IMG/VR virus record: IMGVR_UViG_3300045988_168118 | Length of the DNA stretch: 64,000 bases | Strand: one strand, 5' to 3' | Source of the DNA: a virus | Shown here: positions 9,224 to 19,339 of the stretch, one piece after another | How the letters are laid out: the number at the start of each line of letters is the position of its first letter | Position numbering within the stretch: position 1 is the first letter of the stretch | The notes under the pieces: generated by a model | Database searches by the model: none | What the model was told of the DNA's origin: nothing | Seen by the model: the letters and a program-made list of their open reading frames with translations, nothing else | Position numbers and translations under genes: made by a program

Positions 9224-10216
9224 CATATATTATATAATATAATACATCAGACTATATCTTCAAATATTTATAAAGGAATATCAGAAAAAACAAAACCTTT
9301 TAATTTACGAATACCTTTTAAATATCGGCAAATAGATGAAGGTGCAACTCCAAAAGCTTTAGCACACTCTTTTTGTGAATTATAAGAGTCAATAAAATTA
9401 CCATTATTATCATATACATAAACTATTTTCTTGTTTGAATTACTCCAACAGTTGATCTTATCTTTTTTATACGATTTAAACTGATATTGTTTATAATGCT
9501 GCTGTTGTTCTGTTATACATCTCCATATACTAGTGTAATCCAAATTAAGCTTTTGTGCAGCTTCATAACCATTTACAAAAGACTGAATGTAATTGCCACT
9601 TAAATCATATTGATGACATTCTTTCATTTCATGTTGTTGTAAATTACTAGTGTAACTATGACGCATATTCTCTAATGCTGTTGACCACTCTAAATTATCT
9701 ATATTATTATTTAATTTATTTCCATCTATATGATTAACTTGCAATTCATCCATCTCTTCACAAGGTTTAAATGCTTTCATAACCAATCTATGAACTGAGT
9801 AATTCTTATCTATTCGATAACGTAAATGCACCATACGATAACCATTATTAGTAACTGATCCTCCTAATAAGGTTTTAGTTGAATCATTACGCACATTACC
9901 ATAATTAGATACACTATAAAAAGTTTCTTGACCGTTAATTAAAATTTTTTTCCAAATTTCTTGTTTTTCCATAATTATTCCTCCTAAATACCTACGGGTA
10001 TTTCGATTATAAAATCTACGGTTATAAAACCTAGTCGTTGAACCTTTGTCTCCGTGAGACACTTGGCTGCGGATTGGAACTACAATAAACGTTTTACTAT
10101 ACCAAGCACATTACTACTTGCCATTATAATATCGCTATTATAACTTAGTCTTTATTGATTATATTCTATCCCCGCAATTTCCCCATATTATCGTGGCAAA
10201 AATTCTCTCTCTATTC
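9224..10216 (-). mobile_element. group-I-like intron interrupting the Walker A (P-loop) codons of the Sak4-like gene; carries an HNH endonuclease
   Basis: Exon 1 ends ...YGEPKSG (ggt, a 3' U) and exon 2 begins KTT... at 9223, together giving GEPKSGKTT. The intron ends ...atatatG (an omega-G). It is structured and GC-richer than the surroundings. Confidence 0.65.
9268..9972 (-). CDS. HNH homing endonuclease (intron-encoded)
   Basis: HRLVMKAF...ELQVNHIDGNKLNNNIDNLEW is an HNH motif. The likely start is MEKQEIW at 9972, with an AGGAGG RBS upstream. The ORF-track start at 10062 is read-through of the intron RNA. Confidence 0.75.
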   Translation of the reverse strand: MEKQEIWKKILINGQETFYSVSNYGNVRNDSTKTLLGGSVTNNGYRMVHLRYRIDKNYSVHRLVMKAFKPCEEMDELQVNHIDGNKLNNNIDNLEWSTALENMRHSYTSNLQQHEMKECHQYDLSGNYIQSFVNGYEAAQKLNLDYTSIWRCITEQQQHYKQYQFKSYKKDKINCWSNSNKKIVYVYDNNGNFIDSYNSQKECAKAFGVAPSSICRYLKGIRKLKGFVFSDIPL

Positions 10217-10309
10217 ACCACTCTTAGGCTCTCCATAGAAGAATACACTGTATCCTCTTAAATCTCTTGATACTTGATGCGGTTTAATGTTAAGTAAATC
10301 AATTCCCAT
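10217..10309 (-). CDS. Sak4-like ATPase, exon 1 (31 aa, ends inside the P-loop)
   Basis: The ATG at 10309 is preceded by the RBS aggaaag. The translation is MGIDLLNIKPHQVSRDLRGYSVFFYGEPKSG, followed by an in-frame stop in the intron. Confidence 0.6.
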
Positions 10310-10400
10310 AATTATCTTTCCTCTAACTTTCTTTATTTAATTTATTATTTATTATTCGCCATTATTAAGTTAAATAAATTGGGAGCTAAGCTCCCAATCA

Positions 10401-11351
10401 TTAAAAATTAAAACCGCCATTGCTTACTGAAACAGTTGAAGTTTTAGGAGAAGAAAAATTACCATTAGCAGCTTTCTGAGCCAAATATTCCTCTCTTCTC
10501 TTCTTAACCTCGGCAAGATGAACCTCTCTATTCTGCATAGCCTGAGTAACTTCTTCCGCGGTTAAAACATTTTCATCTCCAAAATCATATGGCACAAGAG
10601 ATACTCCAATAATCTCCCATTCTTTTGATTTCTTCTCATAGCTTTTTACTGCTACTTCTCCGCCAAAAGCTGATTCTTCTCTCTGCTCTACTACAATAGT
10701 TCTGCAATTAATTCTTCCCCATACTTTTGTAAATAAAGGTTCTGAAGAAGAAAAATCTAAATTTTCAAAGTACTTAATACCTTCTGGATTTTTTAATACA
10801 AACTCCACTGGTAAAATATCATTTTTGAAATTAAAAATTGCCCCTCTGATTGTTAAGTAATCATTTAAAATACCTTTTTCCTCATTTGCTTCCACTCTAT
10901 TCATGGAAGTCATAAGCATATCTGTTGTAAAGGTATTTCTTTCATTTTCTTTACATAAATTACTAACAATAGTAACAAATCCACCCTCATTCACTTTCTG
11001 TGATACTAAAGTGTCTTCATTAACATAGAAATCATTTAAAGCAAGAGCAGTATCAATTTTTACTTTTGTTGCTTCATCTTTTCCATCTGTAATCCATGCT
11101 TTTCCTTCATCAATAATTTTCTTCAAAGCTGTATAAGTAGCGTTTTTCTTACCAGCTTTTGTTGTTTTTGTCACGTATGTAAAGTGTACTTCTACAATAT
11201 TCATACCCTCTTCATCTACAGCTACACTTAATGTACCTGAAATGAATTCTTTTCCATAATTACTTGACTGCTGATTTTGAACTGTTTTAATTGTCAATTC
11301 ATGTTCGTATACTCTACCCTCGATATGCTCTGTATTAATTGCTTTACGCAT
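10401..11351 (-). CDS. putative ssDNA-binding protein (SSB-like; partner of the Sak4-like ATPase)
   Basis: The 316-aa protein has a Gly/Asn/Phe-rich C-terminal tail (...ANGNFSSPKTSTVSVSNGGFNF). The call rests mainly on its position next to the Sak4-like gene, and the annotation is tentative. Confidence 0.35.
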   Translation of the reverse strand: MRKAINTEHIEGRVYEHELTIKTVQNQQSSNYGKEFISGTLSVAVDEEGMNIVEVHFTYVTKTTKAGKKNATYTALKKIIDEGKAWITDGKDEATKVKIDTALALNDFYVNEDTLVSQKVNEGGFVTIVSNLCKENERNTFTTDMLMTSMNRVEANEEKGILNDYLTIRGAIFNFKNDILPVEFVLKNPEGIKYFENLDFSSSEPLFTKVWGRINCRTIVVEQREESAFGGEVAVKSYEKKSKEWEIIGVSLVPYDFGDENVLTAEEVTQAMQNREVHLAEVKKRREEYLAQKAANGNFSSPKTSTVSVSNGGFNF

Positions 11352-11409
11352 ATTTTTGTTCTCCTACTCTTTATTTATTTATTTATTTATTCAAAATCTT
11401 TATATAACT

Positions 11410-11438
11410 ATTATATCAAAAATTTTAAACTTTGTCAA
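11410..11438 (-). promoter_or_regulatory. sigma70-type promoter TTGACA-N17-TATAAT upstream of 10401..11351
   Basis: The minus strand reads gaTTGACAaagtttaaaatttttgaTATAATag, a perfect consensus with 17-nt spacing. Confidence 0.6.
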
Positions 11439-11444
11439 TCTATA

Positions 11445-11822
11445 CTAATCTATCTGTTTATTTCTTCCTTCATCAGTTAAACTATAAGTTACTGGATCTT
11501 TACCAACTTTTTCAACAAAACCATTTGCAATAATTTTTCTCATTGAACCAGAAACTGAACGAGATGACATAAAAAGTCCCTCTCCAATTTCTTTTGAAGT
11601 AAAAAGATTATTATATTTATCTTCATTAGATTGCATATATTTTAAAATCTTTGAGCCATTCTCTGTCATTTCACTATTGCTAGAGTTTTTCTTATCGTTT
11701 AAAAACTGGCTCCAAAAATTTTTAATATCTTCCCAATCTTTACCGCATTGTCTCATATATATATCTTCTCTTTCAAAAATCTCTGATTGAATAAAATTTA
11801 TAAATTTTTCTTTTTTTGTCAT
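11445..11822 (-). CDS. hypothetical winged-helix-like protein (C-terminal ...SLTDEGR motif)
   Basis: A 125-aa ORF. Its C-terminus ANGFVEKVGKDPVTYSLTDEGR resembles the ...FIRLTDEGR ending of 13658..13933. Confidence 0.45.
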   Translation of the reverse strand: MTKKEKFINFIQSEIFEREDIYMRQCGKDWEDIKNFWSQFLNDKKNSSNSEMTENGSKILKYMQSNEDKYNNLFTSKEIGEGLFMSSRSVSGSMRKIIANGFVEKVGKDPVTYSLTDEGRNKQID

Positions 11823-11904
11823 AATTTTATATAACCTTTCTTTCTCTTTTATTATTATACAATAATTATAACATTTATTTTAATAAAATTCAAATAAGTA
11901 TATT

Positions 11905-12585
11905 TTATTTAAGAGGTTTTCTTCCGCAACTTCTCTCGCCTTCATTGCAATAGCCAAGATACTCACATTTAGGACAAAAATAATTTGTAACTAAATATTC
12001 CCATTCTTCAGAATATTGTTTTAAAGCTTTAATTAAATCATTAAATAATTCACGATACTCCCAATAGGCACAAGTACACATTCTTTGATGGGACATATCT
12101 ATTAAAGTTCTTAAGTTAATTTTACAAGAAACAACAGTAGTCATTCCAAGCGGAAGTCCATTCGCAGTGTCCTCATGTGGGATATTATAAACTTGCTCTA
12201 AAGTTAATAGTGTTTCATTTATAATAGCCATTAATTCATCCCACAATAAACTAGCACCTTTTTCTTTTTTAATACTATGCGGGGTAATGTATTTAAAATT
12301 ATTTTTTGCGTAGTCTATATATCTAGTGGAAGCCTGAACCCTTGTAGGCATCCCGCCAATATGCGTATACAATTCTCTAATGACTCTTGCAGAATATCCA
12401 TCTAAAGTTAAATACACATCGGGAAATTCCCAAGTTCTTCCATGCCCACTTTTTAAGTTATGAATACCTCTTTTGTAATTTTTCTCTTTATTATCTATAG
12501 GAGCGTTATAACAAACTCCGGACATTTCTCCAATTAATGTAATTGGATCTTTAGTAGTTCTTTCGTTAATAATAATTTGTCCCAT
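11905..12585 (-). CDS. thyX: flavin-dependent thymidylate synthase ThyX-like
   Basis: The 226-aa size fits. RVQASTRY is an RHR-x-S-like motif and ...HQRMCTCAYWEYRELF is a ThyX C-terminal signature. The nucleotide-metabolism context supports the call. Confidence 0.6.
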   Translation of the reverse strand: MGQIIINERTTKDPITLIGEMSGVCYNAPIDNKEKNYKRGIHNLKSGHGRTWEFPDVYLTLDGYSARVIRELYTHIGGMPTRVQASTRYIDYAKNNFKYITPHSIKKEKGASLLWDELMAIINETLLTLEQVYNIPHEDTANGLPLGMTTVVSCKINLRTLIDMSHQRMCTCAYWEYRELFNDLIKALKQYSEEWEYLVTNYFCPKCEYLGYCNEGERSCGRKPLK

Positions 12586-12606
12586 TTATTCTCCTTTAAT
12601 CTCATT

Positions 12607-13419
12607 TTATTTATTTCCAGAAGTGCTATTATAACCATAAATATCACTTTGATACATTTGAATCCAAAATTTTTCTTTTTCGTTCAATTCTGTTCTTGAA
12701 CATTCTTCCATCAGTTCAAAAGAAAAGTTCCAGACTCCATCTTGCTGCATTGCTTTATATAATTTGTTTGTTGCGGAAGCATCTATTCCCAATCCGCATT
12801 TAACGTGCTGCTTAAATCTATCTTGAATATTAACACTCTGTCCAATATAACATTGTTTAGTTAATAAATTTGTAATTTTATAAATGCCGCATTTAGCTGC
12901 TGTTCCTAATATTCTATTACACATTTCAGTTGTCTGTTTTTGAAAATAAGTTGACCAAATAATTTTGTTTAAAACAACAGGTTGATGAAAAGAAACTTTT
13001 ATTTTATTTAATGCCATTATATCTGATAATTCATTATCTGTAATAGTTAATTTATAAAAGTTAATCGCTTCTTCTTTTTCTCTTTCGCGGAGTTGAGCCT
13101 GTACGCCAGCACTCAGTGATTCTTTTATTTTATGTAAAGATTCATCAATTTCCTTTTTCTCTTTATCAGTCTTAGCTTTATATAAGTCATATTTTAATTC
13201 TATATCTTCATACGCTTTTTCTAATTCTAAAACATATTGTTCTTTTGCATATTTAATTTTATCTTTATAACTGTTGTACTCTTTTAGTTGACTTTCTTTA
13301 AAATCACTTAATTGGTCTAATATATCATTTTTCTTTTGACAAAAAGTTTTAAAAGCATCAGATTGCTGCTCTGTAAGCAAAGATAATTCTCTCTGCTTGC
13401 CTTTAATCTGCATTATCAA
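12607..13419 (-). CDS. coiled-coil protein with C-terminal GIY-YIG nuclease domain
   Basis: CGIYKITNLLTKQCYIGQSVNIQDRFKQH...YGYNSTSGNK is a GIY-YIG motif. A long coiled coil lies N-terminal to it. Confidence 0.6.
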   Translation of the reverse strand: MIMQIKGKQRELSLLTEQQSDAFKTFCQKKNDILDQLSDFKESQLKEYNSYKDKIKYAKEQYVLELEKAYEDIELKYDLYKAKTDKEKKEIDESLHKIKESLSAGVQAQLREREKEEAINFYKLTITDNELSDIMALNKIKVSFHQPVVLNKIIWSTYFQKQTTEMCNRILGTAAKCGIYKITNLLTKQCYIGQSVNIQDRFKQHVKCGLGIDASATNKLYKAMQQDGVWNFSFELMEECSRTELNEKEKFWIQMYQSDIYGYNSTSGNK

Positions 13420-13657
13420 ATTGCGTTTCTGGAAAACTAAAGAATTTAATTCTCTTAATAAGGCTTCTTTTTCTTCCTCTTCCTTTTTATTATTATATAT
13501 AATAGTATTTTTTGATTTTATTGTTAAATATATCCCATAAAATAAAAAAATAATACTAATAAATAAAAAGAATATTATATAAACAATATTGGTATCCTCC
13601 TTAAATAAAAAGAATGGGTTAAACTAATAATTAGCTTAACCCTTTTAAAATTTATGA

Positions 13658-13933
13658 TTACTCAGCCTGTTCTGTTACATCTGGATCGAAAGCACGACCT
13701 TCGTCGGTCAAGCGAATAAATTTAACTGCTTTATGAGTGCCATCTTCAAGCTCAATCTCTGACGGAACTCTTTCCATTAGACCTTTTCTCTGGAAAGCAG
13801 AAGTTACGATACCATTTACGCTTCTTACTTCAAGACCAGTTGCTTCTGCGATATCTGCCGCTGTTACATTCTGTCCATCTACACTCTTTACATAATCAAA
13901 TACTTTTCTTGAATTTTCTTTTAATGCTGCCAT
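13658..13933 (-). CDS. small winged-helix DNA-binding-like protein (GC-shifted codon usage)
   Basis: A 91-aa ORF visibly more GC-rich than its surroundings. AADIAEATGLEVRSVNGIV is HTH-like, and a consensus TTGACA-N17-TGGTATAAT promoter lies upstream. Confidence 0.5.
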   Translation of the reverse strand: MAALKENSRKVFDYVKSVDGQNVTAADIAEATGLEVRSVNGIVTSAFQRKGLMERVPSEIELEDGTHKAVKFIRLTDEGRAFDPDVTEQAE

Positions 13934-14033
13934 TTTCTTTCTCCTTTAATTTAAACATAATATATTTTATTTTGTTTTGTTATACTAGATGATTTCATCT
14001 TATATTTTATATAAATATTATACCAAAAATTTT

Positions 14034-14216
14034 TTAATTTGTCAATAATTTATTTTTGGTTATATAATCATCTATCATTAACATATCTTCTAAAGATAAC
14101 GTTTTCGATATTTCTTGAATTTCCTTCATATTTTCTTGAACATTTTTACCCTTAGAAAGTTCTTGTTCCATCTTCACTATTTTAAATGCTAAATCTTTTA
14201 TTTCTTTATTTTTCAT
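14034..14216 (-). CDS. hypothetical small protein
   Basis: A 60-aa ORF with its own TTGATT-N17-TGGTATAAT promoter at about 14215-14250. Confidence 0.4.
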   Translation of the reverse strand: MKNKEIKDLAFKIVKMEQELSKGKNVQENMKEIQEISKTLSLEDMLMIDDYITKNKLLTN

Positions 14217-14247
14217 ATTTATATTATACCAAAAATTTTTTAAAAAA

Positions 14248-15357
14248 TCAAAAAATGCTACTTACTGTACAGTCTTTTGCATCTTTATCTTCTCTTAAAC
14301 CTTTCCAAAAGCCATGTCTAATTGTTTTTTCGTTAGAATCTAGTTCCATACATTGTATCTTTACTACATGATTAAGATAATTTTCTGGATTCTTAGACAT
14401 ATCTTCTTTTAATTCATCAGAAATTCCAGAATGAATAGTACCTATATCAATAATAGTTCCCTTATCATCATATGCCCCTATTTTTATTCTGGCATTATGC
14501 CAATTATAATAATAAGGTTTTGTCACTGGAATTATTTCTTTTCCCATCTTAAGAAGTTCTTTATAAGTCCCTTGCATCCTAATACCATTCTTATTAATGC
14601 AAAAACCCCAAGAGTCTAATTCTTTTCCATAGTATTCTTTTGTAGGCTCCTCGAATCCTATAATAATAGCATCTATAAAATCTACCTTTTTCGCTTTTAA
14701 ATTGCTGTCTGGGCGTTTTCCAGGCTGATATATCCCATTTTTCTTTTTTAAAACCATTCCCTCTTCACCTGCGGATAAGGCATTTCCAACTCTTTCATAT
14801 AAATTATTTTCCCACACCTCTGCAAGCTCAAGAAAATTATATTTTTTCAAATTATATTTTTTCCAGACTTCTTTTAATATATTATATCTAACTAAACTGC
14901 CAGTATTTAATAAGTTATAGCCATTATATATTAAAATATCATGGATATAATAATGAATCAATCCATATGAACCATTTTGTCTTTCTATTGCTTTACCAGC
15001 CAAACTTCCCATAATGGGGGTAACATTTTTAGAACTTCCTCCTGGATAATAAATTTCTCCAATTAAAACAGTCTTGTCTGGCAAACACTCTAAAGCATTA
15101 ACTATATGAGGGACATTATCATGCTTCTCTGTTAGAAGTCCAGTCTTCTTACTTACTGTCCGCCCAAATAAATAACAATTTTCATTTTTAACAAACTGAT
15201 AAAAAGCTCCATCTTTTTTAAGCTGACCAAAATATTCTCCACTTGAACAAGCTCTCTTTAATTGTTCTTTTGTAGAAGAATGAATTAGCATAGGCTCAAT
15301 CATCAATTCTCCTGCCCCTGGATATAAAGATTCAATTTTTTCCTTACTAAAAACCAA
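14248..15357 (-). CDS. ATP-dependent DNA ligase
   Basis: GQLKKDGAFYQF is the adenylation motif I (K-x-DG). The 369-aa size fits a phage ATP-dependent ligase. Confidence 0.7.
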   Translation of the reverse strand: MVFSKEKIESLYPGAGELMIEPMLIHSSTKEQLKRACSSGEYFGQLKKDGAFYQFVKNENCYLFGRTVSKKTGLLTEKHDNVPHIVNALECLPDKTVLIGEIYYPGGSSKNVTPIMGSLAGKAIERQNGSYGLIHYYIHDILIYNGYNLLNTGSLVRYNILKEVWKKYNLKKYNFLELAEVWENNLYERVGNALSAGEEGMVLKKKNGIYQPGKRPDSNLKAKKVDFIDAIIIGFEEPTKEYYGKELDSWGFCINKNGIRMQGTYKELLKMGKEIIPVTKPYYYNWHNARIKIGAYDDKGTIIDIGTIHSGISDELKEDMSKNPENYLNHVVKIQCMELDSNEKTIRHGFWKGLREDKDAKDCTVSSIF

Positions 15358-15390
15358 TATAAACCTCCTTTATTCTTCTATTGTTAAGTT

Positions 15391-17739
15391 TTATAACTTA
15401 ACAATAGAAGAGATCAAACTATTTTTTAACATAATATTTCCTATGCTTGTGCGGCTCAACTTAGGAATATCTTTTGTAGATATACATATTGATTTTGGCT
15501 TTCCTACAATTAACAAATTATCTGAATCATCGACCATACCTCCGCCAACAATCACTCCAGAAGTATCCGTAGTTTTATAAATGATAACTCCCTTTCCCGC
15601 TCTTTGCTGAAGCGGCAATTCCTCTAAAGATATCTTCTTTCCTAGACCTCTTGTTGTAACAATAGCTAAACAATCATCCTTCTTATTAATTGGTAATCCC
15701 GCAACAACTTCATCATTCTCATCTAACTTAATAGCTTTAACACCCGCAGTAACTCGTCCAATAGGGTTGATTTCATCTGTAGGAAAATGGATAGCCATAC
15801 CATTCTTTGTTATAACTATCATTTCTTCTTTTTCTATGAAAGTTACGTTAGCTAGAGAGTCGTTATTTTTTAAATTTATCGCAGCAATACCTGTACTTCT
15901 TTTTACTTTTGTATATTCCTCTAAAGAAGTTTTCTTAATTAAACCTTGCTTAGTTATGAAAATAACATATTTTGCTTTTGTCTTTCTGTGCAAAGAAGTA
16001 ATAGCAATAACTTTTTCATCTTTTTCTATATTTATTAAAGTATTGATATTTATTCCTTTTGATAAATTAGTTCCAGTTGGCACGTTATCTACTAAAAATC
16101 TATACATTTTACCTTTAGATGTAAAAATCATAAGAGTATCAATAGTATTTGTAGATATAACATCTAATGTGGCGTCATTTTCGCTTTTGACTCCTTTTCC
16201 ATTTTTCTTTTGAACTTTAAAAGATTTCAAAGGAATTCTTTTAATATCCCCATTTTGGGTCATAATAACGACTACATCCTCTGGAACAACTTCCGCAACT
16301 TCTTTTTCTTCTGGTTTAATGTCAAGGTGAATTAACTCAGTTCTTCTATTATCACCATATTTTTTTACTAATGATTCTAACTTAGTTTTAATATCAGATA
16401 ATTGTAAATCCCTACTTGAAATATGTAATTTCAATTCTGCAATTTTAATTAGCAAGTCTTTTTTCTCATTCTCAAGTGTTATTTTTTCCAAACGAGCTAA
16501 ACTAGATAATCTCATTGCCAAAATGGATTTAGCTTGAATTTCAGACAGCTTATAAATTTCAATCAGTTTATTTTTCGCGGCTTCTGAATTTTCTGACTTT
16601 TTAATTAAAAAAATTACATTATCAATATCTTCCAAAGCTATCAAAAGACCTTCTATAATATGCAATCTATCTTTTGCTTTCTTTAAATCAAAGGTTAATT
16701 CTTTTTTTAAACATTCAATATTGTGTTCTATATATATCTTACAGCAGTCAGATAAATTTAACTCAGTTGGTACTTTATCAACTAATGCGACTTGATTATA
16801 TGATATGCTTGTTTGAAGGTTTGTTTTAGAATAAAGCTTTTTTGCTATTGAATCTAAGTTCGAATCTTTTTTACACTCGATTACAAGTCTAATTCCTTTT
16901 TTGTTTGTTTCATCGCGGATTTCAGAAATTCCTTCTATCTCTTTTGAATCACAAACATCACCTATTTCAGTCAGTAATCCTTCAATAGTAGTTCCATAAG
17001 GAATTTCATAAAAGACAATGTTATTTTTTTCAATTTTATATTTTCCGCGGACTTTAACAGAACCATGTCCAGTTTTCATAATCTGCGGAATATCTTTACT
17101 ATTTATTATAATTCCACCTGTTGGAAAATCTGGTCCTGGCAAAGAAGGTTCTTTCCCTTCCATATAATCATAGATAGCTTGTGCAACTTCTTTAAGATTG
17201 TGCGGAAGCCAGTTACAGGCGATGGCAACTCCAATTCCAGTATTTGGGTTACACAGTAAGTTTGGAAAAATGGCTGGTAAAGTTACTGGTTCATCCAGAG
17301 TTTCATCATAATTTTGAATAAAATCAACATTTTTCTTTTTTAATCCAGATAATAAGCCATCTTCCGCAATTTTACTTAATCTTGCTTCTGTATAACGAGA
17401 TGCAGCAGGTCCATCCCCTGCAATATTTCCGTTGTTACCATGCCAGTCAATAAGAGGGTATCGCAATACCCAGTTTTGAGAGAGACGGACTAGAGCACCG
17501 TAGATTGAGCTGTCCCCATGCGGATGATACTTGCCCATAACATCTCCTACTATTCTAGCACTTTTAATATGAGGTTTATTAAAACTACGCCCTTCTTCAT
17601 AAGAAGACCAGAGAATACGCTTTGCTACAGGCTTCAACCCTGACTTGGCATCGGGGATCGCTCTATCTGTGTTTACCGCGACTGCGTATTCTATAAAGTT
17701 CTTCTTCAGTTCATTTGTTACATCATTTATACTATGCAT
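15391..17739 (-). CDS. type IIA topoisomerase subunit A (GyrA/ParC, T4 gp52-like)
   Basis: PDAKSGLKPVAKRIL...KSARIVGDVMGKYHPHGDSSIYGALVRLSQNWVLRYPLIDWHGNNGNIAGDGPAASRYTEARL aligns with the GyrA catalytic core, including the active-site Tyr region. Confidence 0.85.
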   Translation of the reverse strand: MHSINDVTNELKKNFIEYAVAVNTDRAIPDAKSGLKPVAKRILWSSYEEGRSFNKPHIKSARIVGDVMGKYHPHGDSSIYGALVRLSQNWVLRYPLIDWHGNNGNIAGDGPAASRYTEARLSKIAEDGLLSGLKKKNVDFIQNYDETLDEPVTLPAIFPNLLCNPNTGIGVAIACNWLPHNLKEVAQAIYDYMEGKEPSLPGPDFPTGGIIINSKDIPQIMKTGHGSVKVRGKYKIEKNNIVFYEIPYGTTIEGLLTEIGDVCDSKEIEGISEIRDETNKKGIRLVIECKKDSNLDSIAKKLYSKTNLQTSISYNQVALVDKVPTELNLSDCCKIYIEHNIECLKKELTFDLKKAKDRLHIIEGLLIALEDIDNVIFLIKKSENSEAAKNKLIEIYKLSEIQAKSILAMRLSSLARLEKITLENEKKDLLIKIAELKLHISSRDLQLSDIKTKLESLVKKYGDNRRTELIHLDIKPEEKEVAEVVPEDVVVIMTQNGDIKRIPLKSFKVQKKNGKGVKSENDATLDVISTNTIDTLMIFTSKGKMYRFLVDNVPTGTNLSKGININTLINIEKDEKVIAITSLHRKTKAKYVIFITKQGLIKKTSLEEYTKVKRSTGIAAINLKNNDSLANVTFIEKEEMIVITKNGMAIHFPTDEINPIGRVTAGVKAIKLDENDEVVAGLPINKKDDCLAIVTTRGLGKKISLEELPLQQRAGKGVIIYKTTDTSGVIVGGGMVDDSDNLLIVGKPKSICISTKDIPKLSRTSIGNIMLKNSLISSIVKL

Positions 17740-17961
17740 TGAATCTCGCTCCTGTATCTTTGTTTAAAATCATTATATTTAATAATTTGATTCTTATAAT
17801 ACTATTATAACATATTTTTTTATTATTTCCAAGTTTAATTAACTTTTTAAAGAGAAAGCATAATTCTATACATAAATTATCTTTTATCTATTTGTTAATA
17901 ATAAAATAAGAAAGATGCTTTTACATAAGTATCTTTCTTATTCGTATTCATAATCATTAGA

Positions 17962-18357
17962 TTACTCTGCATTGTAAGTAGCTTCTTGGCTATGACTTTT
18001 AATATAAGCTTTTCTTGCAGTAACTCCCGCACCCATTAGCTGATTAAATAGAATATCTGTTGCGGAAACATCTTCAACTGTAATCTGTCTGATAATTCTT
18101 TTCTCAGGATCTGTTAGAGTTTCTTCTGTCTCGTCTACTGACATTTCACCTAATCCCTTCATACGCCCAACCAAATACTTCTTTCCTGTATTGGCTTTTT
18201 TAAATACCTCTAATTCTTCATCATTTTTTAAGTATTTATATTCTTTTCCAATAGTAATTTTATATAAAGGTGGAACTCCCGCGTAAACATATCCATCCTT
18301 TATAAGTTCTGGACAAAAGTTCCATATAAAAGTATAAAAAAGATTTTTAATGTGTGC
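17962..18357 (-). CDS. type IIA topoisomerase subunit B (GyrB-like), exon 2 (C-terminal)
   Basis: AHIKNLFYTFIWNFCPELIKDGYVYAGVPPLY...MKGLGEMSVDETEETLTDPEKRI matches the GyrB TOPRIM end and C-terminus (YKGLGEM...TTMDP). Confidence 0.8.
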   Translation of the reverse strand, partial: AHIKNLFYTFIWNFCPELIKDGYVYAGVPPLYKITIGKEYKYLKNDEELEVFKKANTGKKYLVGRMKGLGEMSVDETEETLTDPEKRIIRQITVEDVSATDILFNQLMGAGVTARKAYIKSHSQEATYNAE

Positions 18358-19339
18358 CATACTCTCTTATATTTCTATAAGTACTGACTATCTCTTACTA
18401 CCAATATTTTGTAGAATACCCATTTCGAATTGCGTATCAATAGCAATCCTACGTAGCCGATCCGCTACTAGTCGATACAGGATTAAACGTTTTTCCATGT
18501 TATGTAATTTACTACTCTTTTAATTGTTCCTCTCGTACAAACACCAAGAAACTTATCATATATTTCACTAATGTTCAAATTTTCTTGTTCTGCTAATCTT
18601 CTAATTTCTTTAACATCCTCTTTAGTTAATTTAGCTTTTTTATTTCCTTTTCGTTTTACTTCCGAAGATATATCTCTTATCATTGATGTATCAACATTTT
18701 TCCAAGTATTTCCTCGATAAGCTTTACAAAAAGCATCATAACTAATTTCAGTAGAATATATTTTATATACTTCCGCAGGAGGAATATTTTGAAGAAAAAT
18801 CATTTCTCTAATATTTAAAACTTTTTCTTCATTTAATCTCGCTTTATTGTTTCTGCTTCCTATTGAATATTCCTCTCCAGGAGTATCCCCAGCATCTAAT
18901 ATATTATACCCAAAATTTCTATCTTTAGAATTATAAAAATCAATCCAACATTGCTCTCTTTCTAATATTTCTTGATTAGTTAAAGAATCACATATTTCAA
19001 CAATTTCAAAATTAAAATTTTCAAATCCGTATTTTCTAATTGCAGAAATTATAGGTCGTTGTTTATTTTTTTTAACTTCATCTCTATAATTTCTTAATCT
19101 CCTTGCAACATCTACAGATTTACCTATATAAATTTTATTATTTTGAAGATTAGTCCATTTGTAAATTGCTTTCATGTTTTACGTCCTTCCCACGGGACTA
19201 CCATATCTTCTGACTTAGGCTCCCCCGTTAGCTATTCTTCTTTTATAACATATATGAATTCCAAATGGAACTCATTTTATTATATTGTCCAAATAACCCC
19301 TGTGATGAGCAGGAAAAGGTATAACAGGCACTGTTACAT
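18358..19339 (-). mobile_element. group-I-like intron in the gyrB-like gene carrying a GIY-YIG homing endonuclease
   Basis: Exon 1 ends ...SDADVDG (ggt). The intron ends ...agtatG. Exon 2 resumes AHI..., which restores the conserved DADVDGAHI. The intron is homologous to the dnaB intron. Confidence 0.7.
18483..19175 (-). CDS. GIY-YIG homing endonuclease (intron-encoded)
   Basis: AIYKWTNLQNNKIYIGKSVDVARRLRNY is a GIY-YIG motif. The C-terminal HTH module is similar to that of the 5783..6493 protein. Confidence 0.8.
   Translation of the reverse strand: MKAIYKWTNLQNNKIYIGKSVDVARRLRNYRDEVKKNKQRPIISAIRKYGFENFNFEIVEICDSLTNQEILEREQCWIDFYNSKDRNFGYNILDAGDTPGEEYSIGSRNNKARLNEEKVLNIREMIFLQNIPPAEVYKIYSTEISYDAFCKAYRGNTWKNVDTSMIRDISSEVKRKGNKKAKLTKEDVKEIRRLAEQENLNISEIYDKFLGVCTRGTIKRVVNYITWKNV

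Noticed and set aside
10401-11351. T4 gp32-like SSB assignment.
   Set aside because: No convincing alignment to gp32 or to the bacterial SSB OB-fold was found by eye. The call is kept only as a tentative context-based one.
15767-16213. Plus-strand ORF of 148 aa inside the gyrA-like gene, and similar antisense ORFs at 8076..8288, 9191..9385, 11277..11480, 14186..14371, 14431..14619, 17065..17259, 19143..19403, 23131..23319, 29170..29355, 29644..29901, 31072..31329, 32098..32286, 36950..37165, 37347..37532, 38811..39044, 59061..60299 and 61198..61431.
   Set aside because: These lie antisense within well-supported minus-strand genes, have low-complexity F/L/I-rich translations typical of AT-rich antisense frames, and lack an RBS.
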